Assembly (NCBI GenBank): GCA_000934665.2
Contig: KZ538358.1
Location: 1 to 64,000, forward strand
DNA from: Catajapyx aquilonaris
Taxonomy: Eukaryota
Direction of reading: 5' to 3'
DNA length: 64,000 nt
Position numbers and translations under genes: made by a program. Below, piece by piece: positions 12,771-33,340 of this stretch. Position 1 is the stretch's first letter; every line of letters starts with the position of its first letter. The notes beneath the pieces are model-generated. The model saw only the letters and a program-made list of their open reading frames with translations, was not told the DNA's origin and did not search any database.

Positions 12771-13599
12771 TTGGACATTGCTACACATGTGGCAAACTTT
12801 CTGAAGGAACATCTTTTTAAATAGTACTTAAAATCATTGACTGCAAAGTGGGGCTATTTCAGATCTCTTTTATATATTTTTTCATGTAATGTTAGTGAGT
12901 AGTGATTTCTTGACTTGGCATCAAAAGTTTCGAATGCGTAATACCAGGCCGTGTTCAATGGCAAAACAATTGTTCCTATATCTTGTTGCATTGTTGGGAA
13001 AATCAATATTTATGTTGTGTCCAAAATAGCACCAGTGCTGGGTATTTCCAAATACATCTCTTTTTTTTGAACATGAGAGACCCAACTAGGTCGTGTAAAG
13101 TTATTTTTGACTGTAAATAGCTTCCTTGAAATGAAAATGGAACTATAGCATGAAGATAATCATTTACTGCTGAATCATCACTCAAAAACAAGAGAATTCC
13201 TAGGCATCTCCTACTTTTCACTGTCAAGTGAGTGCCAGTTCTCAGTTGTCAGATTGAAAAGAAGATATGCAGCTGAATATTCTTTAATTTCCCTTCTCTC
13301 AAATCAATTTTAAGAACCACCCATAAAATTAAGAATTGCATTAATGTCATTCTGTAAAAATAGTTTTCTTCATTCTCTCTGAAATAACAGCCTAGCCCCA
13401 TTTTACAGTATTTCATTTCACAAGGGTTTTTTTTAAAGCCTGGATTCTGCATAATTAATAACAAATGACAAGTGATTTTAATGTTGCTATTGGCAAGGTT
13501 TGGTTACAACACCTTGGCAAAGAATTATGACAATTGTTGAAAATGTTTAATTGATAGGTTAGAGCAGGGCAAGTTGAAGCTATGCTGGTTGATTGGGAT

Positions 13600-13825
13600 C
13601 GCCAAATCAACTGAAGCTATCTGGCATAGGAGAAGGGGGGGAGAAGTGATTTTGGACTCTGGGAGGAAACCAGAGAAAAAACCCCCCAGATAACCCATGT
13701 GAACACAAAGAGAACCTCTTGATACCCTTTCCATGTGAGAATTCTTTGTCCGATCCGGGATTCGAAAGCGGGACCTCAGAGGTGGAAGGCTGTGACATTA
13801 GCCACTACACCACCATGCCACCTCC
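13600..13825 (-). mobile_element. Degenerate copy of the V-core SINE
   Basis: CTGGGAGGAAACCAGAGAAAA.. and GGGACCTCAGAGGTGGAAGGCTG resemble 1241-1400. Confidence 0.6.
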
Positions 13826-14411
13826 AAGACATGCTGTGAAGTTGAAATGAATGTATTTGACAGAACTTAGATAAGACAGTGATCGAAGGAAGACAAAGAT
13901 ATGAACAATATAATTCGAATTTTCAGAAAAAAATTAAAGAGCATAAAAACCATCAACTTGCCCCACTCTTACATTTAAATATAAGCATGTCTGGTCATGA
14001 ACTTAACTCTATTTGTTCTCAACTCTTGAAATCCTTCTGAGACAAGGCTATTTATCACTGCAACCGTTTTTATGGTAGGTAACAACCTGAAAGGCAACAA
14101 AGGCTTCTGCTTTGTTGGCAGCAACTTATGCATATGTTGGATTTTCATCTGTTGCTGCAACGTAACTCACAATAGGTTACAGTGATGGGTAGTCTGGTCA
14201 AGTGACCCATAATAGAAATGTAGATGCCCCTTAATTATTATTGTTAAACCAAATTTAACCCCATCACAAGATTGAAAGATGCATGGATGATAACACAGCC
14301 TTCTGAATCATGCTTATAATGACCTCTTTAAGTTACCATATTGGGAACTGAGAGGCCTTTTTTTCCTGTACACTTGTGAAAATGTAGTGTGAACTGTAAA
14401 ATGTAGTCTTA

Positions 14412-14709
14412 AGGCCATTTCACAAATTTATTGGAAAGTGAGCTGGCTAAAAAATGGGCATTTAGGGAGCCAAAAGTAAGCGGCACCCAATACATTGTGG
14501 TGACCAATCTCGGTAGCGAATTTACTAGATACCAACCAGTAGTTGGACTTGGGGTGAGTGTAAAGGAGGCTGAAAAGGGTTCACAACTGTTGGAATGCAC
14601 TCCCATGGAGTGGTTGCTACTTCGCTGCAAATTCACTTGTTTCATACCCTTATGCCACTGCTGTCCATTTTTTGACCTGCTCATTTTCCACCAAATTTGT
14701 GAAAGGCCT
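14412..14709. mobile_element. Short-TIR MITE (AGGCC termini, PIF/Harbinger-like)
   Basis: AGGCCATTTCACAAATTT at the left; AAATTTGTGAAAGGCCT at the right. Confidence 0.55.
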
Positions 14710-15137
14710 GTTACTGAAGATTATTTTTTCTTGCATAATATGGAAGAAAGTGTACAATTTGTAAATCATGTACAAAAATACAATACAGCCAAAGAGAACC
14801 ACAGTGTGAGTTTTATTCCCATTTTTAATCTATAGCCAAGGAGAGCCATGATAGTGGTTGTCTTCAACCCAAAGAAATCAGTCGCTGAGGACATTACAAA
14901 GTTAAGGACCTGAACTAAAAGACCAAAAAAATGACCAAATGTTTTATCATAATATTACCTTATAAATGATCAATTGAATAAAATAATACATCATTGTAAA
15001 GGCGAAAACTTGTCTAAAATAAACCGTTTGTGGGGTTCCTTTGTTATATTTTCTCTTTATCATGTTTAACCTTATTGAAATAACCTCCGTCGCAAATGTC
15101 AATGGGTGGAAATGAAATAACCACTGTCACAAATGTC

Positions 15138-15253
15138 AATGGGTGGAATTTTCGTCGTACTACTAGTTACTTTTAACTTAGCAGTACCAGTGTAATCCAA
15201 TGGTACTGCTAAGTTAGCAGTAACTAGTAGTACGACGAAAATTCCACCCAATG
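15138..15253. repeat. Palindromic mini-element (related copy at about 29795-29890)
   Basis: GGGTGGAATTTTCGTCGTACTACTAGTTAC..AACTTAGCAGTACCA pairs with TGGTACTGCTAAGTT..GTAACTAGTAGTACGACGAAAATTCCACCC. Confidence 0.8.
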
Positions 15254-16012
15254 TGAATATTTTTTGTAACAGATAAAGTTATCGAGATGATCTGCACAGA
15301 GATATGTAGAGGAAGGATGAGAGTACAAAAATCAATAAAACATTATTTAATGGAAAAACATTAAACCGTTTCTGCTGATATAAAAAACCTCATAAACTGT
15401 CACAAAGTCACCCCCACTAATAGTGGCCTTTAGTGAATATCAAAAGCATGAGCTGCACTGAATAATAATAATCTATTCAAGCTGTGAATTTCTGATTGGG
15501 AATTACTTACTGGAACAACATTGGCATTGAACATTATAGGGATGGAATAAATTTTTTGCTGGTCAGACCTTGCAGGCATTAAGGATGGGTTCATGGCTTC
15601 ATGCAACCTAACACTCTTTGGATAACCACTGTAACGTATAGAGCCTTGGCCTCATCAGGACATGGCTCTAAGCATGTCTACTCTACCTATAGTGTACTGT
15701 ATTACCAGGAATTAGAAACGAAATTCATTGCAGAAATATCGCACATTTAAAAAAATCAGTTACAGAGTGATGGATTTGTTCACATATGACTTACGGAGAT
15801 GATACCATTTCATGTTTAGATTCGTCACATACCACATATCCTGCAAGTTATGCCATACTCCTACCACTACTGCTACATGCCTACATTGGTCGAATGACTC
15901 GCAGGATAACCCAGTTGTCCACGTGTCTGATGGCACTAAACCTTATATAGGCCTACTAGTAACTAAGATGCACATGCATAAATTGTGTTGAAAAGAAACC
16001 AGCAGTTTAAAA

Positions 16013-16810
16013 TTGTACCACCTTCTTGGAATATGTGCAACAGCAACACACAACTTCTCTTATTGTGGGAAGGAGCTGCAGGTAAAATATGAAGCCCGCC
16101 TGACAAAGCAGCTCTCTGGCCCCAAGTGCTATGTCATTGCCAAAGTAATGAAGGTGATGGCAAACTGCAAGATAACTGGACCTGGTTACTTTGTGAGTCA
16201 CCCTGGCAGCTCAGTGATTTTATACTCCTACAAGGCACATGCTGGTATCGATACCTGTACCCTCTTTAGAATGGGTTCATCTACGTGCCCAAACCATGTA
16301 TTCATTTGCACTTCAACGATATTAGCAATGTTACCTGTGTTATTCATATTCGAAATAACAATTTCTGCTATTTTGAGATGGAGACCAAGACTGGTGTTGT
16401 TCGCACATTCAGTATAGGTATCAATAGGAGGATTATGTGAAGCTTTTTGGCTTCATCGCAGGCCTGAATCTGCCAGTGAAGAAGCATGGTAAGGAAGACA
16501 AACCATTGCTTGCCACAGATGAATTATCTTGGGAGCAGTGGCCATGACCATAAGTCAGATGCATACTTGGCCAGAGTGAAGATGGAGCGGGATGAGGGTA
16601 AGGACGATAGATGTGTCATGGAGCAGAGTTTGCAGAATACATATAATAATTAAAACAAAGCAGAGGGACTTCAAACCTGCAGAAGAGCAGGATGATGTCG
16701 CTGAAAAGTAAGGAGCTCCAACCGTGAAAATGATGGTAACAAGAGTGGAAGTGGGGCCAAGAAGGGGAAGCAGAATGCTGAGGCTGAGGTTAAGGATGCT
16801 AAACTTAAAC
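16013..16810 (+). pseudogene. SSRP1: Decayed SSRP1 (FACT subunit) copy covering the middle domain and acidic region
   Basis: Across frames it reads ELQVKYEARLTKQLSGP..VIAKVMKVMANCKITGPG.FVSH.G..YKAHAG / YLYPL*NGFIYVPKP.IH.HF / EDYVKLFGFI / DAYLARVK (16558-16581) / DFKPAEEQDDVAE. These blocks are collinear with SSRP1; there is a stop at 16267-16269 and several frameshifts. Confidence 0.85.
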
Positions 16811-17167
16811 AATTCTTGTATGGAGGCCATACCCAGCCATAAAGTTCAGGGATGTTGTTGGTCATCCTTGCAATAGTGTTTTGCTTGGAATAAAAAATAA
16901 TTCATTTGATAAGTTGCACCTTTTCCCTTTGTTTGAAGTCAGACATTTACAAAGTCACTAAGTCATAATAAAATTTTAGACCATGTAGAAGTGTCGAGTG
17001 ACATCACTGACCATATTCTGTTGATGGAGGATTAAAATGTAACCACTCTAGAATTTTATTTATATTCATACGGTTCACTTCATTTATATTCAGATTTTAT
17101 GCACTTAACACTTGCCATGCTCTCACCCATAATGTGTTTTTTGGCATTTTTAAATGAGCAACTAATA

Positions 17168-17423
17168 TATGAAGACCTTGGGAGAAGAACGATCAAGGTC
17201 CACCTCAGGTGAAACTGAGATATTGCCATTTCGTCAAATTACGAAGGCCCATAAAGTTCCATTGTAAATCCCACTTTTGGGGCCTTCCATATTGGACTCT
17301 GATCATTACTCATAACCACGACCAAACCATCATATTCTACGCTAGTGAAACTATCATCTGAGATATGTAGCTCATTTTTGACAAAAAGTGGACCTTGATC
17401 GTTCTTCCCCGTGGTCTTCATAT
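17168..17423. mobile_element. TA-flanked MITE
   Basis: TATGAAGACC..GAAGAACGATCAAGGTCCAC and inverted GTGGACCTTGATCGTTCTTC..GGTCTTCATA. Confidence 0.75.
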
Positions 17424-18667
17424 TATAGTACTGTACAGTACATACGTTGTTTACACTGATTGTCAGCAGACACATTGCCTCCAAGTTGTTCACTGCCAAT
17501 CTTGACAGTGCTGTGAATGTTCTCTTGGCTGTTTGGAAGAAGTCATCAGCTGGGTTTTGCCCCAGCTCTCATACTTGCAGTCTCTACCCCAAATTGGGCT
17601 ACAAGCCTGGAGTCCTAGCTGGTACCAAGATATGTACTCCCCCCAACCTTCTTTGCATATCCAGATTTTGGCCTCACTGATATTTATGCCAAGAAGTTTT
17701 AACTGAGTTTTGCTTCAATTGCAATTAATTGCAAACACAAGGTGCAGTTAGGGTGGCCAGACATCGTCCTTCTTTAGGATGGACAGTCCTTCTTTTGAGA
17801 ACTCTGTCCTTCGTCATTCGCCACCTCAAGAAGGACGTTGATTCGTCCTTCTTTTTGGGGCCCGTCTAAAATAATATTGTTAATTTCCTGACCTGTACTA
17901 GAACAGCGGAAAGTTCATGAGCAGAAGCCCACAATAACCACTAGGCACTCTTGGAGATGGCTAATAAAGGACAGAAATACAAAAATAGGCTCCCTTGATT
18001 TGTGAAGTAAGTGAACATGGTTAGTACATGAGTATGTTTTCTATGACTTTTTATGTTGTATACAGGGTGATTCTCCCGAAACCGAGCCCACAAGGAATTC
18101 CACACATCATGACTGTGTAGTAGAGCAAATTTCAAGAGGAAATTGCAATGTTCTTTCTAACAATAAAATTATTGCCGCGGACGGGTGAGCAGAGGTGACC
18201 CTTCCTCTATCCAGTGTCCCTCCAGAATCTTCAATACAAGGTACTCGTTAAGAAACAAATTTTTATTAAAACCAATCAATATTACTAATGATCATCAATG
18301 TGAACAACCTGCTTCACATTATCAATCAATGACATGATGTCTCAGAATGCTATCTACTATACATGTATCTTAACATTCCTCATTATTGTCATTAATTTTA
18401 ATTATTGTATGGTTCTCAATGAAAATTGACATGTGCTTACCTTGTATGATGCCAAACAAGATCTCCCTAATATAATATAATATAAGCCCTAAAGCATATG
18501 CTGGAAATTGTCCCCCAGCATACAAGAATTTTTGAATGCGAGTCTGCATATTGGAGTATACAGGGCCGTGCAGATGGGAGCGGGACAGCGGGCTACTTGT
18601 ACACCTAGTCGCCCATATGGCAAATAGACGAATTCAACATTTTCATAATTTTTCAGGAGAGCCTATA

Positions 18668-19435
18668 AAGAAACCTGCAAACTGCTCTAGAAAAAAGCGA
18701 ATGCCAGATAAAATCATGCAGAGTGGGGATAGTGCACAAAATGTACGTCCCATGCTCATGTGGCACGTATTAAGCATGTACTATGCATGTATCAACGATA
18801 TTATTGTTGCGAATTCGCCCCTTTTTTCAGCTTTTGCTTGGACAAAGTGATCGTTGCAAAAAGGACGTATACGGTATATGAACGAGTATCGATAGGACCA
18901 AATTCACGTCGCGCTTAAAAATCACTATTTAAAATCGTGATTCACTTGCAGTGCGATTCTTAAATCGCGTATACGTTATTCGTGATTTTATTTAATTCCG
19001 TCACAAAGCATGCAAAATTAACTTAGTTCTTCCCGAATAGATTTATATTGACAATGCGCTTACTCCTCTTAGGTAGTCTATTGTTTGGTAACAATAATAC
19101 CTTACTTACTCAGGGTATACGGTAGGTCTAGAAACAGGAAGACATGTTTTTGTTGTTTTTTATATTATTAATTATGATATATTACTAGTTTTATCGATAT
19201 GATTATGTGTTGTTATAGTTGAATTGTGTGTCCTTCTTCGCTGACTGCCTCTAGATGATGATAATGATGAATAACGGAAAATAAAAATGTAAAAATAATC
19301 AAATTTTCGAAGCCTCAAGAAACCTGCAAACTGCTCTAGAAAAAAAAAAGGATGCCAGATAAAATCGTGCAAAATGGGGATAGTGCACAAAATGTACATA
19401 CGTCCCACTCTCATGTGGCACGTATTAAGCATGTA
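18668..19435. repeat. About 110-bp direct repeats (18668-18780 and 19317-19435) bracketing a CpG-rich spacer
   Basis: AAGAAACCTGCAAACTGCTCTAGAAAAAA..GGGGATAGTGCACAAAATGTAC..CTCATGTGGCACGTATTAAGCATGTA is present twice. Confidence 0.8.
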
Positions 19436-19540
19436 TTCAAGGTGCTACCCAAAGTTCCCGAACTGATTTTTTTCTGAAAAATGAGATTACCGCACACCTT
19501 ATTTTCCTTAATCACCTTCGAAGTAGTCCCCTTTTGAACA

Positions 19541-20122
19541 TACGAGGGAGGGTCAAAAAGTTATCTACCTAGGTATGAAGGACATGTGTTATAACTTATT
19601 CAATGTGATTTTTTCTCTATGTAATCTCCCTTCATCTCAATGCACCTGTGTAATTTGTCTGAAAGCGATCCGATCCCACTTGAAAAAAATTCCAAAGTTT
19701 GGTCTGCAATCTATTGGTCTACCGCCATTTTCAATTCATTATCAGCGCAAAAATGACGTCCCCGAAATTCGTATTTAGGTGACGAAGCCACTCTGGGCCA
19801 GGTCAAGAATGTAGGGTGGATAATTCATCACTTGGAAACCCCAGTCTCTGATGGCATCTTGAATAACGCAGCAGGTGTGTACTGGGGAATTGTCGTCGAT
19901 CAGACACACACCTCTGGTGATCTTCCCGTGTCGTTTTGAAGCAATTATTTCTCTCAGTTGCTTTAGTAGGTCAGCGTAGATACTGCCGGTGATTGTTGTC
20001 TTATGGTGCATGTTGTCTACCAATAAAACACCTTCAGAATCCCAAAATATGTGGCCATAATCTTGCCCCACGAAGGTTACGGATGGCACTTCTTGGGTGG
20101 TAAGGAATTCGCATGCTTCCAT
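19541..20122 (-). mobile_element. Mariner transposon remnant with transposase fragment
   Basis: TIR-like TACGAGGGAGGGTCAAAAAG. Minus frame reads FWDSEGVLLVD..TITGSIYADLLKQLR..DNSPVH..YPPYILDLA (a decayed YSPDLAP). Confidence 0.85.
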
Positions 20123-20199
20123 TGCATGGACTCCATATGTGTTTCAGGATCCCAGGTTTCGTCTCCGGTCACTATCTGGGGATACCGTCCCCTCTCGTA

Positions 20200-20420
20200 G
20201 ATACCAATCCCAGTGCTTTTCCAACTAGAGGAATTCTTTGTGGAAGTAATTTTTTGTTATGGCTCTCGGCACCACCTGCGATTCTTCGTGGACCTGGTTT
20301 ACGGAGTCAAATCTTCTTCCTTTCAACTTAATTGTCACTGTCGGGAATAGGGCGAAGTTGCAGGGAGCTAAATCTGGAGGAAAAGGTGAGTAAGGGACAA
20401 TCTTCATGTTTTGGGACGCA
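20200..20420 (-). mobile_element. Second mariner transposase C-terminal fragment
   Basis: PPDLAPCNFALFP....LKGRRFDS motif. Confidence 0.8.
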
Positions 20421-20437
20421 CACAGTACCCATGACAA

Positions 20438-20862
20438 TACAGGAAATTTAACCTACCGTCACTTTGGGAAATAGGGCTTCTAGGCGGTCACTTTGAGTAT
20501 ATGTAACATGGGTCTCTGACACATAGCTACTGAGATAATGTGCTTCAAACACATGGTATAAAATATCCTGGTACGTAGGCATACTCTCCAAGTGACCTTC
20601 CCTTTTTCATTTAAATTTAAGGTGTTACCATGTGATTTAATTGTAATTTAAGATCTTTTAGGTGTAGCAGGGAATGGCCTAGGCAATGGAAGTATCGGAA
20701 GCAGTATCCGAAACCTATAAGCTGGGATAATGCACTTTTTATTTAATGCTAATTATCTCGGTAACTATGCATCGGAGACCCATGTTGCATATACTCAAAA
20801 TGATCGCCTAAGATCCATCTATCATTTCCCAAAGCGACTGTAGGTTAAATCCAAACCCTGTA
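20438..20862. mobile_element. Tc1-type MITE
   Basis: TACAGG..TTTAACCTAC..CTTTGGGAAAT..TTTGAGTATATG.AACATGGGTCTC, with an inverted copy ending CCCTGTA. Confidence 0.75.
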
Positions 20863-22845
20863 TATTGCGCTTGCTGTTATCTGCTCTCCTTGGTGCATAG
20901 ATGGCTGCACAAGCTCCTGTCAAAAAGGGGCTAGATGCAAGCATGCCTATGATTGCAGACAACTACAGCAAATAGTGTTTCACATCCACAAAATATTTGG
21001 GTAGTTCTGTATAACAAACACCTTCATATTATTAAAAATTACTGCATTACTGGTAAGTATAGTAAAATTTAATGTGTTTTTCTTCAGCCCTGTCTATTTC
21101 TTCCTAGCGAGGCCCAGTTTACGACTAGGCAATAACCATGCACATTGTCTACTCCAGAAACCAGTTGAAAGCACAGCAACTGTCATTTCAATTGAACTTT
21201 TCCACTTTCAGCCTCCCACTGAAATGACTTCCCTCCCGTCTGTTCCTTTCATTTTTTCCCACAATTTATTTGTTTAATTTCAACCCATTTGCACTAGACC
21301 TTTCACAAAAATAGGAGTTGAGCCGCTAGGGTAGCCTCCTCTCGCGAGCTATAAGGGAGTGGGATTGTGGGGTGTAGGGTGACATTTAGAAATTAATTAC
21401 AGCCAAAGTCAGGGTCCAATGGGGGTGTGACAGTGACCTTGTCGACGAAAGGCAAGTTTTGAAGTGTCTTGTCGGCCTCTTGATGGGACTTCACTGGGCA
21501 ATTGAGCAGAACAATATGCTACTTCCGGCAGGTTTTACAGACCCGAATTAAGGTTAGCAACAGAGTTAGTCTATATGTAAACAAAAGTTACGGTAATAGT
21601 TAACCTTAAACCATGTTCATACAACCGGCCCCTAGTGGTGTAAATAACTAAAAAACCGCCAAAATTGTACGTGGTGGATTTGTCTTGTACAGAAGCAATA
21701 TGAAGTTTGCAGAACTTGATTGTATTTTATTTTTGGTGTCATAAAACAAGGCGACACTGAAAATAAATAAAATATGCCATTGGTCCAACTTAACTTGCAT
21801 TTATTTACTTCTGATGAGTGACTACCAATTCATTTTCATCAACAACATGGAAACAACAACCATCAACAACAAAAAATAAATTCAGGGAGGCATAAGAATG
21901 AATATCCTAGGCAAATAACATGGGTAATAGAAAAATCTGATGATGTTTATAATATACCAATAACTGCTTTGACACTTCAATTATTGCCTGATAAAGGCTA
22001 GCGATACAAATAGAAAATAAAAATCGCCACCAAAAGGATAAATGGGACAGTTCAAAATAAAGATGCTATTCAAAAAATACTGCTTCTTTATGACAGGGAG
22101 GACCTCTTTATGTTCATATTATGCGGTGTGTGTATGTGCACAAATGCGAGGGAGTGCACTATTTGCTTTAAATAACTTTTTTTTAGGAAGAACACATGTG
22201 CAGTTGTGCCAAACTCCTGTCTATTATAATACATGAATTAATAAGCATATGTATATGGTTATGCTAACACACATGTACATACACTCACTACAATTGCACT
22301 TTTGAACATGTAATACAAAGTACAAGTACAATCTGCACAAAAAAGGACTAGTAGTGGGTCTCCCTCTTTCTTTTACATGCGCACTTACATGTATTGTCTT
22401 GAACCTTGTTTTGCAGCTAGTCCAGTCTCCCATCATAATTATTAAGTAAACTCTGCTGGCAAGTATGGCTTTCTTTCTTTGCTCTTCATCAAAATAAACC
22501 CAAGGATAAAACTATCTACAAACGGGTTTGGTAGTTCATAATTTCTCTCACACTACTCGAGTACTTGGAAATCTAGCCACTTTGTAGAGGAGAGGAATAA
22601 AATTATCTACACACACACACGCACGCACGCACATGCACACACAATGTTGCATACGCACAGAGATAAACACTGCATGAAGGAATGAACAACATATTCGTTA
22701 TGTGGAATGTGGTGGTGGAATTAAACAGGGCAACCCTTTTTCCTCTCCCCCAGACAGAACAAAATTGTGCTTCCCCATCACCCCATATTTTTTTGTTGCC
22801 TACTGACCTCTGACTAAGAAAAAAATAGTTGGCGGAAGGAACGTT

Positions 22846-32186
<9,341 letters not shown>

Positions 32187-32258
32187 CTTCTCCTGCAATT
32201 GAAATAAAACAGCATGTGACTCCAAGCATGTGACCCACCAAATCCGGTTCTAACTCAC

Positions 32259-33340
32259 CCCCTCTGGCTCTCAACCCAGTCCTACCAGCACACACTCAAA
32301 CCCGGCACCCGGCAGTCTCCAACCCACCAACAGGCCAATATGGAATCGCCACAGAAACCAAAATACGGCTAGAAGGCGAGACACTCCGCAAGTAGTGGGC
32401 AGGTGACACTCGAGCAGACGAGGAGGAATAGAGCAGGGTTGACGCAGGCCTAGTCTCGTGACACCCCCCCTACTTACGCCCAGAAAATGAGTACTAGAGT
32501 ATGATTGTTGCGGCAACGTTGGCGCAGTCACAAGATGCCAAAGTGGTGGCTGGAAGGTGGGGGGTGTGACTCAGGGGCGCGTATGAATTCACTGTACTGA
32601 GGGCTGGTCATGAGCTGATAAAGTGATTTGTCAGCTGTGGGTACACGAAAGGTGTCGCCGAAGCTAGGGGAAAGGTGGGGTGATTTTTATTTTTAGGAGC
32701 TGCAAACCCTGGGGATAATCATGCTCAGATCATGAGGCAATGCATCATATACTGATAATCAACGACGGGTCAATAGCATGAGCATGATCTAGTGGTGTGG
32801 TCGAAAAGTAAATAAAGATATTCGATCGCAATGCAGCATGGTTTTTATTTCCAATCCTGATGGTGGTCATCGGTGGTCATACACAGAAGTTAATCTATTA
32901 ATCACTACAAGGTGATTAACTAGCATGTTGTTGCGTAACATGATAAGTAAATGTGGATGAGTCGCTTTAAAATTGAGTTTGCATCCAATCGACTTAACAT
33001 GGATACGGCCATATTTACAAGTTGACCAATAACAGCATCAGAAATAGATCACGTGATCTAAGACTCACAAGATGGCGTCGTGTTGCATTAGTAGTTTGAA
33101 CCTGGCCACCCTGAAACAGGTGCTGGAGAAGGGTGGAAAAAAAGAGATGGGATAAGGCGAAAAGGGGAGCCATACCCCCAGTTAACCAGCCCCTGCCTTT
33201 ACCTGCGGGGGCTTTTCCGCCCAAATTCTTCATTTCTTAATTTTACATTAGATCCCAAGCCCGGGGTCCTGTGGGTCCAAACGCAGCCTGGCCCCGTGTG
33301 CTATCTTCAGGGCTCGAACCACGCCTGGCACGTCCATAAA
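32259..33340. promoter_or_regulatory. Bidirectional CpG-rich promoter and 5'-UTR region of V-ATPase A and NAA50
   Basis: Head-to-head genes with locally high CpG. CCAAT at 33026-33030, palindrome TAGATCACGTGATCTA at 33045-33060, YY1-type CAAGATGGCG at 33068-33077. Confidence 0.7.

Noticed and set aside
17430..17700. Protein-like minus-strand stretch GQNPADDFFQTAKRTFTALSRLAVNNLEAM
   Set aside because: Multiple stops upstream, no recognisable family and no consistent exon partners.
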